Below are positions 8,605 to 17,655 of a stretch of DNA of 44,685 nucleotides, piece after piece. The DNA is from Lentisphaeria bacterium (lineage in GTDB: Bacteria > Verrucomicrobiota > Lentisphaeria > Oligosphaerales > JBFJXC01). The position numbers and the translations under genes are program-made. The notes beneath the pieces were generated by a model. That model was not told where the DNA came from, searched no databases, and worked only from the letters and a program-made list of their open reading frames with translations. Location: the NCBI GenBank assembly GCA_041623325.1, contig JBFJXC010000002.1:1-44685 (forward strand), written 5' to 3'. Positions within the stretch are counted from its first letter, which is position 1; each line of letters starts with the position of its first letter.

Positions 8605-10356
8605 TTAAAGCTTTTCCCGCTCGGTGTAGGAGGTATGGAGAAGCTCGTGGGACTTTTGGCCATAGGGCTCGCCCAGGAACTCGGCATACAGCTGTTTGAT
8701 ATACGGATTGTCTTGGGATTTGCGCATCTTCTTGCCAGCATCTTCGGCATACAAGGCTTCGATCCGCTTGTGCAGAACGTCCTTCTCCGTGCGCGAATCG
8801 ACGAACGGCTGACCGCCTCCGCCGATGCAGCCGCCGGGACAAGCCATGATTTCAATCAGGTGATACTCGCATTCGCCGGCACGGATGGATTCCAGCAGCT
8901 TCCGGGCGTTGCCCAAGCCGCACGCCACCGCAACCTTCAGATCCAGCTCCCCGACTTTCATGGACGCTTCCCGCAGCCCTTCGTAGCCGCGGACCGCCTC
9001 GAAGTCGACGTCGCCCAGGGTCTGGCCCGTGACCACTTCGGCGGCCATGCGCAGCGCGGCCTCGCAGACCCCGCCGGTCACCCCGAAGATGTCGGCCGCT
9101 CCGCTGCTCAGGCCCAGAGGATGGTCGAACTGGCCTTCGGGCAGTTTCAGCAGATCCACCCCGGCCTCCTTGAGCATCCGCCCCAACTCGCGGGTCGACA
9201 GGACCCAGTCCACGTCCTGGAAGCCGCTGGCGCTGAGCTCGCTGCGGGAGGCCTCGTACTTCTTGCTCAAGCAAGGCATAATCGAGACCACCACGACCTT
9301 GGAGGGATCCACCCCGGCCTTTTCCGCCCAGTAGGTCTTGGCAATGGCGCCGAACATTTCCTGGGGGCTCTTGCAGGTGGAGGGGACGTCCAGCATATCC
9401 TGGAACTGATGCTCGAAGAACTTCACCCAGGCCGGACAGCAGCTGGTCAGCATGGGCAGGCGCCCTCCGTGCTGAACCCGGTGGATGAACTCGGTGGCTT
9501 CTTCCAGAATGGTCAAGTCGGCCGTAAAGTTGGTGTCGAAGACATGATCAAAGCCCAGACGACGCAGGCCTGAGACCATCTTGCCGGTCACGCTGGTACC
9601 CGGTTCCAGTCCGAAAAGTTCGCCCAGCGCCGCGCGCACCGCCGGCGCGGTTTGCACGACCACGACCTTTTCCGGATCGTTGATATCTTCCCAGACCTGG
9701 TCGATGTAGGACTTGCCCATCAATGCCCCGGTCGGGCAGACTTTGACGCACTGGCCGCAGAACACGCACTGGGTCTTTTCCAGCGGATGCAGGAAAGCCG
9801 GACCGACCACCATGTCGAAACCACGACCCACGCCGGACAGGACCCCGACGGTCTGCATCTCGTTGCAGGCCGTTTCACAACGCCGACAGCGAATGCACTT
9901 GTTCAAGTCGCGGGTAATGGCCTCGCTGGAGGTCTCGATTGCAAAATCCGAACTCTGCCCTTCGAAGCGGTTCGAATCGGTATGCATCTGATCGGCCAGC
10001 GTTTGCAATTCGCAATTGCCGCTGGCATAGCAATTCAGACAGTCCTTGGGGTGGTTGGAAAGGAACAGCTGCATGATCACCCGGCGAGCCCGCATCACAC
10101 GAGCGCTATGGGTGTGCACCACCATGTCCCGACTGACTTTGGTGCAGCACGCCGGGGCCAAATTGCGGCGACCTTCAACCTCCACCACGCAAATGCGGCA
10201 GGAGGCCACTTTGTTCACACTTTCCTCGTTGTGCAACTTCAGATGGCACAAGGTGGGGATGTTGATATTGTTGTCTCTGGCGGCATCCAGAATGGTGTGG
10301 GTGCTCGGAACCTGAGCCTGAACACCGTCAATGGTTACGTTCACGTAGGCAGCCAT
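8605..10356 (-). CDS. hydA: [FeFe]-hydrogenase catalytic subunit, group A (HydA/HndD-like)
   Basis: H-cluster motifs TSCCPAW, MPCLSKKYE and EIMACPGGCIGGGGQP. The N-terminus has 2Fe-2S, His-ligated (HPKDCLNC) and 2x[4Fe-4S] domains. Confidence 0.97.
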   Translation of the reverse strand: MAAYVNVTIDGVQAQVPSTHTILDAARDNNINIPTLCHLKLHNEESVNKVASCRICVVEVEGRRNLAPACCTKVSRDMVVHTHSARVMRARRVIMQLFLSNHPKDCLNCYASGNCELQTLADQMHTDSNRFEGQSSDFAIETSSEAITRDLNKCIRCRRCETACNEMQTVGVLSGVGRGFDMVVGPAFLHPLEKTQCVFCGQCVKVCPTGALMGKSYIDQVWEDINDPEKVVVVQTAPAVRAALGELFGLEPGTSVTGKMVSGLRRLGFDHVFDTNFTADLTILEEATEFIHRVQHGGRLPMLTSCCPAWVKFFEHQFQDMLDVPSTCKSPQEMFGAIAKTYWAEKAGVDPSKVVVVSIMPCLSKKYEASRSELSASGFQDVDWVLSTRELGRMLKEAGVDLLKLPEGQFDHPLGLSSGAADIFGVTGGVCEAALRMAAEVVTGQTLGDVDFEAVRGYEGLREASMKVGELDLKVAVACGLGNARKLLESIRAGECEYHLIEIMACPGGCIGGGGQPFVDSRTEKDVLHKRIEALYAEDAGKKMRKSQDNPYIKQLYAEFLGEPYGQKSHELLHTSYTEREKL

Positions 10357-10367
10357 CGGATCTCTCC

Positions 10368-12170
10368 CTATTCGCAGACAATTGCGTCAAACTTGCAGGT
10401 CGAAAAGCACGCACCGCAGTGCACGCACTTGTCCTGATCGATTACATGAGGCTTCTTGACGACCCCGTCGATGCACTTGACCGGGCAGATCCGGGCGCAG
10501 GCGGTACAGCCCACACACTTTTCCTCCACGATGCGGTAGTCCTTGACCGTCTTCTTGGGCCTCAGGCACTGCTCGTACTCGCCGTGATACCACTGCAGAG
10601 TCGAGAGCACGGGATTGGGGGCCGTCTGTCCCAGTCCGCACAAAGAGGTGTCCTTGATGACCAGCGACAATTCCTTGAGGGTGGTCAGATCGTCGGCTTT
10701 GGCCTCGCCTTGCAGAAGCCGGTCGAGAATTTCCAGCAACCGCTTGTTGCCGACGCGGCAGGGGGTGCACTTGCCGCAGGATTCGTCGCAGGTGAACTGC
10801 AAGTAGAAGCGGGCAATCTCCACCATGGAGGTATCCTGATCCATGACGATCATGCCCCCGGACCCCATGATCGATCCCAGCGCGGTCAGGGTATCGTAGT
10901 CGACCGGCGTCTCGAACTTCTCGGCGGGGATGCAGCCGCCGGAGGGGCCTCCGGTCTGCACCGCCTTCACCGGCTTGCCGCTGGGCGTGCCCCCGCCAAT
11001 CCCGTAGACGATCTCCCGGACCGTTGTGCCCATGGGCACCTCCACCAGTCCGACGTTCTTGACGTCGCCGGCCAGGGCGAACACCTTGGTGCCCGGGCTG
11101 CTTTCCGTGCCGATGGCACGGAACCAGGCGCCACCCTTCTGCAGAATCGGCACGATGTTGGCCAAGGTTTCCACATTGTTGACGTTGGTCGGCTTGCCCC
11201 ACAGGCCGGACTCGGCCGGGAAGGGAGGCTTGACCGTGGGTTCGCCGCGCTTGCCTTCGATGGAGTGAATCAGCGAGGTCTCCTCGCCGCAGACAAAAGC
11301 GCCGGCCCCGTACTTGATGGAGACGTCAAATGAGAAGCCGCTGCCCAGAATATTCTGCCCGAACAGCCCCTTGGCCTTGGCCTGGTCGATGGCCAGGGTC
11401 AGACGCTTGACAGCCAGGGGATACTCGGCCCGCACATAGATGAAACCGTTGGCCGCCCCGATCGCGTAACCGGCCAGCGCCATGGATTCCAGGATCACAT
11501 GGGGGTCGCCTTCCAAAATGGAACGGTCCATGAAGGCCCCCGGGTCGCCTTCGTCGGCATTGCAGACGATGTATTTGGTGTCCGCCTGAGACTTGCGGGC
11601 AAATTCCCACTTCAGGCCCGTCGGGAATCCACCGCCGCCGCGTCCCCGCAGACCGGACTCTTTGACCACCGCGATCACGTCTTCGGGCTTCTGCTCGAAC
11701 AGAGCGCGGGCCAGGGCCTGATAGCCCCCGTTCCCCAAATAGTCGTCGAGATTCTCCGGGTTGATGCGGCCGCAGTTGCGCAGGGCGATGCGCACCTGGT
11801 TGCCATACACTTCCCCGCCCGTGCAAAGGCAGCCATCCAGTTCCCGTCCCGCCGCCAAATCGGCAACCAGTTGACGGCCGCGCTCGGCGTCAACCTTGCC
11901 CACCGTCGCCAGGGGCTTGCCGGGCCTCTCAACTTCAACAGTCGGCTCCGCGTGGCAAAGCCCCACGCAACCGGTTTTAACCACCTCGACATTGTCCAAC
12001 CCAGCCTCAGCGACCGCGGCCCCAATGGCTTCGTAGGCCGCTTCCGCTCCGGATGCGATCCCGCAAGTGGACATTCCGACCAAAATCCGCGTGCGTTCCT
12101 TACCGCTGCCAGCCTTGGCCAGCGCCTCGGTATACGCCGTGAAATCTTCTCTCGTGGCAAAGCGCGTCAT
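10368..12170 (-). CDS. hydB: NADH/FMN-binding hydrogenase subunit (HydB/HndC, NuoF-like) with an N-terminal thioredoxin-like domain and C-terminal 2x[4Fe-4S]
   Basis: SGLRGRGGGGFPTG, NADEGDPGAFMDR, GAGAFVCGEET, ESCGKCTPCR and two CxxCxxCxxxC motifs. Start set at ATG 12170 (MTRFAT). Confidence 0.95.
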   Translation of the reverse strand: MTRFATREDFTAYTEALAKAGSGKERTRILVGMSTCGIASGAEAAYEAIGAAVAEAGLDNVEVVKTGCVGLCHAEPTVEVERPGKPLATVGKVDAERGRQLVADLAAGRELDGCLCTGGEVYGNQVRIALRNCGRINPENLDDYLGNGGYQALARALFEQKPEDVIAVVKESGLRGRGGGGFPTGLKWEFARKSQADTKYIVCNADEGDPGAFMDRSILEGDPHVILESMALAGYAIGAANGFIYVRAEYPLAVKRLTLAIDQAKAKGLFGQNILGSGFSFDVSIKYGAGAFVCGEETSLIHSIEGKRGEPTVKPPFPAESGLWGKPTNVNNVETLANIVPILQKGGAWFRAIGTESSPGTKVFALAGDVKNVGLVEVPMGTTVREIVYGIGGGTPSGKPVKAVQTGGPSGGCIPAEKFETPVDYDTLTALGSIMGSGGMIVMDQDTSMVEIARFYLQFTCDESCGKCTPCRVGNKRLLEILDRLLQGEAKADDLTTLKELSLVIKDTSLCGLGQTAPNPVLSTLQWYHGEYEQCLRPKKTVKDYRIVEEKCVGCTACARICPVKCIDGVVKKPHVIDQDKCVHCGACFSTCKFDAIVCE

Positions 12171-12256
12171 GCTTGTATTCCCAGCTGTTTCTTGCCTTAA
12201 ACCCAAATGTGGCGCCACGGCCTGCTGCCGCACGCCCGGCTACCGTCACCGAATTT

Positions 12257-12760
12257 CTACTTCCGATATTCAGCCACAATCCTCGAAACCTGCTCGGGGG
12301 TGACATGTCCGTAAGTACGCTCGTTGACCATCACCACCGGAGCCAAACTGCAGGCGCCCACGCAGCGCAGCGTGCCCAGGGTAAACAGGCCGTCGGCCGT
12401 AGTCTCTCCCACCTTGATTCCGAGCTCCTCCTCGAATTGCGCCACCACCTTTTCGGCGCCGCGCACGAAACAGGCCGTGCCCATGCAGAAGTTCACCTTG
12501 TTGGCGCCCCGGATTTCGGTGGTGAAGTAGTGATAAAAGGAAACAACCCCGTACACCTCGCTCAAGTGCAGCCCCAGCTTTTCAGCCACCGTCTTTTGAA
12601 CTTCCTCCGGCAAATAGCCGAAAATCTCCTGAGCCTTGTGCAACGTGTCGATCAGCACCCCGCGGCGCGATTCCAGATCGGCCTCGAAACTCAGCCCGCC
12701 AATGAACGCTTCCAGCTCGGCAAATCCCGCCGCTGGCAGCGTTTCCACTTGTTCCGCCAT
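12257..12760 (-). CDS. hydC: 2Fe-2S hydrogenase subunit (HydC/HndA, NuoE-like)
   Basis: LHKAQEIFGYLP, VVSFYHYF, CMGTAC and CVGACSLAPV. Confidence 0.95.
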   Translation of the reverse strand: MAEQVETLPAAGFAELEAFIGGLSFEADLESRRGVLIDTLHKAQEIFGYLPEEVQKTVAEKLGLHLSEVYGVVSFYHYFTTEIRGANKVNFCMGTACFVRGAEKVVAQFEEELGIKVGETTADGLFTLGTLRCVGACSLAPVVMVNERTYGHVTPEQVSRIVAEYRK

Positions 12761-12811
12761 CGCTTCTACTCCCGTCTTACTGACTTGACCACCGGGCCCG
12801 GAGGCCCCGCA

Positions 12812-12829
12812 CTGTTATTTTTTTCACAA
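12812..12829. promoter_or_regulatory. Putative Rex (NADH/NAD+ sensor) operator
   Basis: The minus strand reads TTGTGAAAAAAATAACAG, an 18-bp match to the Rex consensus TTGTGAA-N4-TTCACAA. It is AT-rich in a GC-rich context and lies 52 bp upstream of hydC. Confidence 0.7.
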
Positions 12830-12836
12830 ATTCGGT

Positions 12837-12865
12837 ACTCTACCGTGTCGCCCAACCCCCTACAA
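12837..12865 (-). promoter_or_regulatory. Putative sigma70 promoter of hydCBA
   Basis: TTGTAG-N17-TAGAGT on the minus strand, putting +1 near 12830, directly before the Rex-like site. Confidence 0.5.
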
Positions 12866-13070
12866 GGACCCGGCCGCAGGTTTTTTACGGGAGGCGGGCA
12901 CGGTCACGCTGTTAAAAAGTAAGCTGGGGCCCGGGCCAGGTCCCGGCCACGGCGGCCAGTCCCCACGGCGGGCATGGCCGATTCGCATTGAACTTTGGGC
13001 CACACCCTCTAATTTGTTGGCTGTAAGCGTTCCGAAAGGGACCCGGCCAAACGAACCCAAGAGGAAAACG

Positions 13071-14381
13071 ATGCCTGACCAGGCAAAGGACGTGAACTGG
13101 GCCGAAATCGTCCACCGCGGCATTGAAACCCAGGAACTGGACTACAAGACCGCCGTCAACTGGAACGAATTGACCCGAGCGCAAAAGGCCAAGTTTGCCC
13201 GGCACGCCATGGCCATGGCCAACAGCCGCGGCGGCTTTATCGTCGTAGGGGTCGGAGAGGACCCTGGCGGCAACCCGGTGCTGCGGACGGGCCTGAATCA
13301 GGACCAACTCAAGTCCTTCGACCCAAGCACGGTCGGCCAGACGGTCAACCGCTATGCGGATCCGAGCATTGATTTCGACATTGTCCGCCCGGAGGTGGAC
13401 GGGAAGCGCTACGCCATTTTTGTCATCCGCCCCTTCCACCGCCTGCCCCACGTCTGCAGCGATTCCTGCGGGCTCGAGCTGCAGCAGGGGGTTTTCTACA
13501 TTCGAACTCAAGACGCGCGCAGCCGGGCGGCCTGCCGGGCCTCCGAACTGCACGGATTGGTCCAGCGGGCCCTGCGAAACCAACGGCAAGTGCTAGGGCG
13601 CATGCTCCGCGGCATCCTCTATGAAGGCCGGCAGTTTGCCGAACCCGATGCCGAAGTCGAGTTCCAAAAACAACTGGTCGATTCCCAGATTCTGTGCCGC
13701 CAGATCATCGGCCCCCTGACCTTCAAAAACCGCCCCTTTCTGGAGGTGTCCGCCTATCCATCCAAATTCCGCCACGACGATCAGGTCCTGTCCGAAGTTC
13801 GCCACGCCGTGGAAATCGCGGTGGTGCCGCCTCTGACCGATTTCACCCTGCTGGACAGTCCCGACCAGCACAGCTATTTCACCAACCAGTCGTTCCTCAG
13901 TCGCCCCAAATCCCCCTCGGACAACCCCCGCTTCTGCTTCTGGCAAGCCTTCCAAAGCGGTCTTTTCCACCACATTTCAAGCCTGACCTCGGCTACGGAT
14001 CCCCGCGCCATTTCCTACCCGCGCCTCATGAGCCGGATCGTGACCGCCACCGCCTTTCTCGGACAACTCTACACCGAAATGGGCCTAGAGGACGACCTGA
14101 TCACCTTCACGTTCACCGTCATGAATTCGGAAAACTATTTTCTGACCGACGTGCCCAGCGACGAATCCGCCTCCTATCTGTGCTACATCCCGGAAGTGGT
14201 CGTGCGGAAGCGCCGCACCGTTGGCGACCTGGCCAGCAGCCCGGAGGACCACGCCCAGAAAGTCATCAAGGAGATTTGCGAGCGCTTCAACGTGGACGCC
14301 AGCAAACACTTCGGCCTGCACCAGCGCCTAACGGGCATTCTGCACGGCCAGCAACCGGAGCGTTCCCAACCGGCATCTTGA
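13071..14381 (+). CDS. AlbA_2/Schlafen-domain protein with an uncharacterised C-terminal domain
   Basis: ETQELDYK...FARHAMAMANSRGGFIVVGVGED...PHVC...GVFYIRT is the AlbA_2 pattern. ATG 13071 follows a GAGG SD. Confidence 0.85.
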   Translation: MPDQAKDVNWAEIVHRGIETQELDYKTAVNWNELTRAQKAKFARHAMAMANSRGGFIVVGVGEDPGGNPVLRTGLNQDQLKSFDPSTVGQTVNRYADPSIDFDIVRPEVDGKRYAIFVIRPFHRLPHVCSDSCGLELQQGVFYIRTQDARSRAACRASELHGLVQRALRNQRQVLGRMLRGILYEGRQFAEPDAEVEFQKQLVDSQILCRQIIGPLTFKNRPFLEVSAYPSKFRHDDQVLSEVRHAVEIAVVPPLTDFTLLDSPDQHSYFTNQSFLSRPKSPSDNPRFCFWQAFQSGLFHHISSLTSATDPRAISYPRLMSRIVTATAFLGQLYTEMGLEDDLITFTFTVMNSENYFLTDVPSDESASYLCYIPEVVVRKRRTVGDLASSPEDHAQKVIKEICERFNVDASKHFGLHQRLTGILHGQQPERSQPAS

Positions 14382-14396
14382 CCAGGGTCACGACGC

Positions 14397-14425
14397 TTGC
14401 ATTCGGGATTCCTTCCCGCTATCTT
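14397..14425 (+). promoter_or_regulatory. Putative sigma70 promoter
   Basis: TTGCAT-N17-TATCTT in the 80-bp gap before the 14462 gene. Confidence 0.55.
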
Positions 14426-14461
14426 CGACACTGGTGATGGGGCATTGGCAATGAGGGGGGC

Positions 14462-16045
14462 GTGGCCACCATGAATCCACACAGTGACGGGGTATTTCTC
14501 GGTCGTGGCCGATCAGCCATGGTCTATAAGCTGAACGATGGCAGCGACCTACTGGCCCGAAAGGTGTTCACCGGCAGTTCAGCGGCAAACCTGGTCCACC
14601 TTCTCTTTTACGGCGCTCCAATGGACTACAGCTGGTGCCCGGCTGCCATCGAGGCGGCCTACTACCGCCGAAAGGTCCTGCAACCCTTGCTTCAATTCTG
14701 GTTCGGCGGCCAACTCACCATTGCCGATTCTGTCTGGTATGGGATTGATCCCGAACACCGTTGCTACTACCTGGACACCCGTTTCGTGGCGGGCCGGCCG
14801 GCCCGCCTCTATTCACCGTTTCTTTCAAACCAACGCACCGAGATCAGCCACCTCAAAGAGACCGTCCTGCCTCAGCTGCAAGGCCACCTAAACGCGGCGG
14901 GCCTAATCGGCACCTTATGGCAGGCAGGCAAGGGCCAACCCTGCGCCTTTCCCAACTTTCTCTGTACGCGGCTCGGCCAGAATGGCGACGATCACTGTTG
15001 GACATGGGTCGACACCGAGTCCGGGGTTCCGGCCATCGTCAGCTATCACCTTCCCAGCCTGATTAAAATCTACCTTCCCCAGGCCCTGAAGCGGCGCCGG
15101 GTGCTTTTCGACGATCTGGACGCCGACCAGTTCAAAGCCTATTTAGCCCAAAACCGTCAAGCTTTGGAAGAAAGCCTGGGACCAGCCATGTGCCTGGAGC
15201 TGACTGACTATGGAGAAAAGCTGATGGCCGCACACAGCCAATGGAGCAGGGAATGCCGGCTAAGCCGGTCGCTCAAGTTCTGCCGGTTCCAAGGCATGAT
15301 CGACGACGCGGACTACGTCTTCTACCGTCTTCACCCCTTCCGCTGGTACAGATTCCTGCTCGGCCGCCTGGTCTGCTCCCTTCCACTCAAGGCCATCCAA
15401 AAACTGAGGCAAGCCTGGCCAAATCTGAGCAAATGGCTCAACCCCATGCCCTGCCTGCTTTTCCTGTTCGGCAGCTTGTTCTCGTCCGCCTACCGGACCC
15501 GAATCAGTCGCCGCTATGTGCAAAATTGCATTCAACGCTGGTACGACCTCAGGAGGCTTACCGAGGACCAAAAGCTGGAGTTGGAACGCCAGCTCAGCCA
15601 GGGAGATGCCTGCAATTACCTGGCCGACTTCGGGGTGCACCTGGGGCTCAAGCCCCTGGGCTACCTGCTTCGCTTCACCCTGGTGCCACTGCTTTGGAAA
15701 CTCGGCCTGATCTCGCTGGCTACCAGCGGCATTCTCTTCGTTTTCATGGGAAACATTCTACGCACGGGGTATGCGCTTTGGCGTTGCATTCAATGTGCGG
15801 CAAGACGCGAACCCCTGCCCCTGACCGCCTTGATGATCTCAATGATCCCAAGCCTGGGAAGCCTGGCTTTCCCTTGCCAGATGCTGCACACGGCCCGAAA
15901 AGGCCACCTGGTCTCCCAGATGATCATCTACGAATCCTTTTCCTCCCTGGCGGCTAAGCTGCCCATCTGGGGTGGGCGAGACACCGGTTGGGACCACCTG
16001 CTCAATCGCCTCGCCCATCGCCTGATCGGCATGACTTGGGCCTGA
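14462..16045 (+). CDS. Hypothetical protein with a protein-kinase-like N-terminus and C-terminal TM helices
   Basis: LGRGRSAMVY (Gly loop), ARKVF (Lys), PNFL and WVDTESG, then a hydrophobic C-terminus. The start is GTG 14462 or ATG 14471. Confidence 0.65.
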   Translation: MATMNPHSDGVFLGRGRSAMVYKLNDGSDLLARKVFTGSSAANLVHLLFYGAPMDYSWCPAAIEAAYYRRKVLQPLLQFWFGGQLTIADSVWYGIDPEHRCYYLDTRFVAGRPARLYSPFLSNQRTEISHLKETVLPQLQGHLNAAGLIGTLWQAGKGQPCAFPNFLCTRLGQNGDDHCWTWVDTESGVPAIVSYHLPSLIKIYLPQALKRRRVLFDDLDADQFKAYLAQNRQALEESLGPAMCLELTDYGEKLMAAHSQWSRECRLSRSLKFCRFQGMIDDADYVFYRLHPFRWYRFLLGRLVCSLPLKAIQKLRQAWPNLSKWLNPMPCLLFLFGSLFSSAYRTRISRRYVQNCIQRWYDLRRLTEDQKLELERQLSQGDACNYLADFGVHLGLKPLGYLLRFTLVPLLWKLGLISLATSGILFVFMGNILRTGYALWRCIQCAARREPLPLTALMISMIPSLGSLAFPCQMLHTARKGHLVSQMIIYESFSSLAAKLPIWGGRDTGWDHLLNRLAHRLIGMTWA

Positions 16046-16074
16046 TCGAACGACCTCATTCGTCTGGCGTTGCC

Positions 16075-17406
16075 CTACTCAGCCACCGGCTCGCCTATGA
16101 TCTGAATGCCACCCACGTACCAGTTAATGCCCTCGTATTTCTGCGGATCACTCTGCAGCTCAGGCAATTTGTGCTTGAAGAGAATCGTCTCTTTCTTCAG
16201 CGGCTCGGGATGGACCTTGACGGTCACGGTGTGGACCGTGTCGGTCAATTCGGCTCCCACGGTCAGCCGGGCAATGCGATGGTAAGAGCAGTACTTGTCC
16301 ATGCGGGGGACAACGCGCTCCTTACCATCAAGGGAAACGGTCAGTTGACCGCAGTCCGGACCGAGCAAATCATAAAAGGCGACCTGCGTGCCCTTGAATT
16401 TGAAGGTCAACGATTCCCCGGGCGTAGCAGCCTTGTAGAGCTGGCCGAACCGCGACCGGAAACGCTGGCCGATTCCCGCGGTCATATCCATCTTCTGCCA
16501 GTTACCTGAGAGGGTGGCCGCTGACAACGGCAGGGTCTTGGCCTTTTCCCAGTTGTCCTCGCGCATGGGTTTGCCGAGGGGATGCGGACCAGCTTTGCCA
16601 GCCCTTTCAATCTTGGGCCAGGATCGGGCAATCGCCTCCTGATAGAGTTGGTGCCCGCTGTCGGTATAGGGATGAACGCCATCCCCGGAGAAGACTATTT
16701 TATTGCCTAGGTTGCCAGCATCGCTGGAGTCCTTCTCCAGATCCTGTCCAGCCACCTGCTTCATAGAGCCTTTCTTAGCTTTGAAAACCACCGTGCCCTG
16801 AGCAGTCAGACGCGCCACTTCCAGTCCCATATGGATCGAGGGAATCTTGTAGAAGTCCGCCACTTCCTCCATGGCGCTGGCCGAACGCTGAAACTTGCCA
16901 TCTAGAAGAGTCCTCAGATCCCGCTCGGCTAGCGTGTAGACAAAGAGAATATCCGTCTCGGGATCCGCCTGCCAAATTTGGCGAACGATCCCCTCGAAAG
17001 TCTGGTGGATCTGTACCGGCGCTTTGTGGTGATCGTTGACGGCGAACTCGACAAAGACCAGATCCGGCTTGTGAGACAGCACGTCATGCTGTAGACGGAA
17101 GACACCCAGGTCCGATCCCGTCCCACCAATGGCTGCGTGGATCTCCTTCACCGTTGCCTGGGGGAACTGTTCTTGGAAATAGTGTCGACTCTTGAGGCGA
17201 TACCCGCCTTGAGCGGTAATGGAGCCGCCGAAATAGGCGATTGTCACCGTCTTGCCGGCCTGGAGTTTGGCCGCGAAATTAGGCAAGCCACCGCGCACGG
17301 TACACTCCACCGCATTCCGTAGCGGCTCGGGAGCGGCCTTTGCCAGCAGCCCTGCCTGCAACACAACCATCAGCGCAACAACAGCTCGAAATCCGACTAC
17401 TCTCAC
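16075..17406 (-). CDS. Exported SGNH/GDSL hydrolase
   Basis: FGGSIT (block I), AAIGGTGS, EFAVND and DGVHP. GTG 17406 follows an AAGGAGG SD and gives a signal peptide ending LAKA. Confidence 0.9.
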   Translation of the reverse strand: MRVVGFRAVVALMVVLQAGLLAKAAPEPLRNAVECTVRGGLPNFAAKLQAGKTVTIAYFGGSITAQGGYRLKSRHYFQEQFPQATVKEIHAAIGGTGSDLGVFRLQHDVLSHKPDLVFVEFAVNDHHKAPVQIHQTFEGIVRQIWQADPETDILFVYTLAERDLRTLLDGKFQRSASAMEEVADFYKIPSIHMGLEVARLTAQGTVVFKAKKGSMKQVAGQDLEKDSSDAGNLGNKIVFSGDGVHPYTDSGHQLYQEAIARSWPKIERAGKAGPHPLGKPMREDNWEKAKTLPLSAATLSGNWQKMDMTAGIGQRFRSRFGQLYKAATPGESLTFKFKGTQVAFYDLLGPDCGQLTVSLDGKERVVPRMDKYCSYHRIARLTVGAELTDTVHTVTVKVHPEPLKKETILFKHKLPELQSDPQKYEGINWYVGGIQIIGEPVAE

Positions 17407-17655
17407 CACCTGCCTCCTTAGCATTCGTCTCTGTAGAAACTGGCACCCTTGTCTCGCAAAGAACGGATGGACTTTAACCTTGATAAGGGTGACCGCAAAC
17501 ACCGGCGAAAACTTCACAAGGGAGAATACTCCGCCCTAAGCTGGCGTGCTGAAGCCTGAGTTTACAACCGCGTGCGGAGGAGATGGTCCAGCCATAGGTT
17601 GTCGGCAAAGAGGCGAATCCAAACCCCATGGCGCTCAACCTTGAAGTCGGGTTCC

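Noticed and set aside
12908-12926. Second Rex-like site (CTGTTAAAAAGTAAGC)
   Set aside because: Only one half-site matches; too weak to call.
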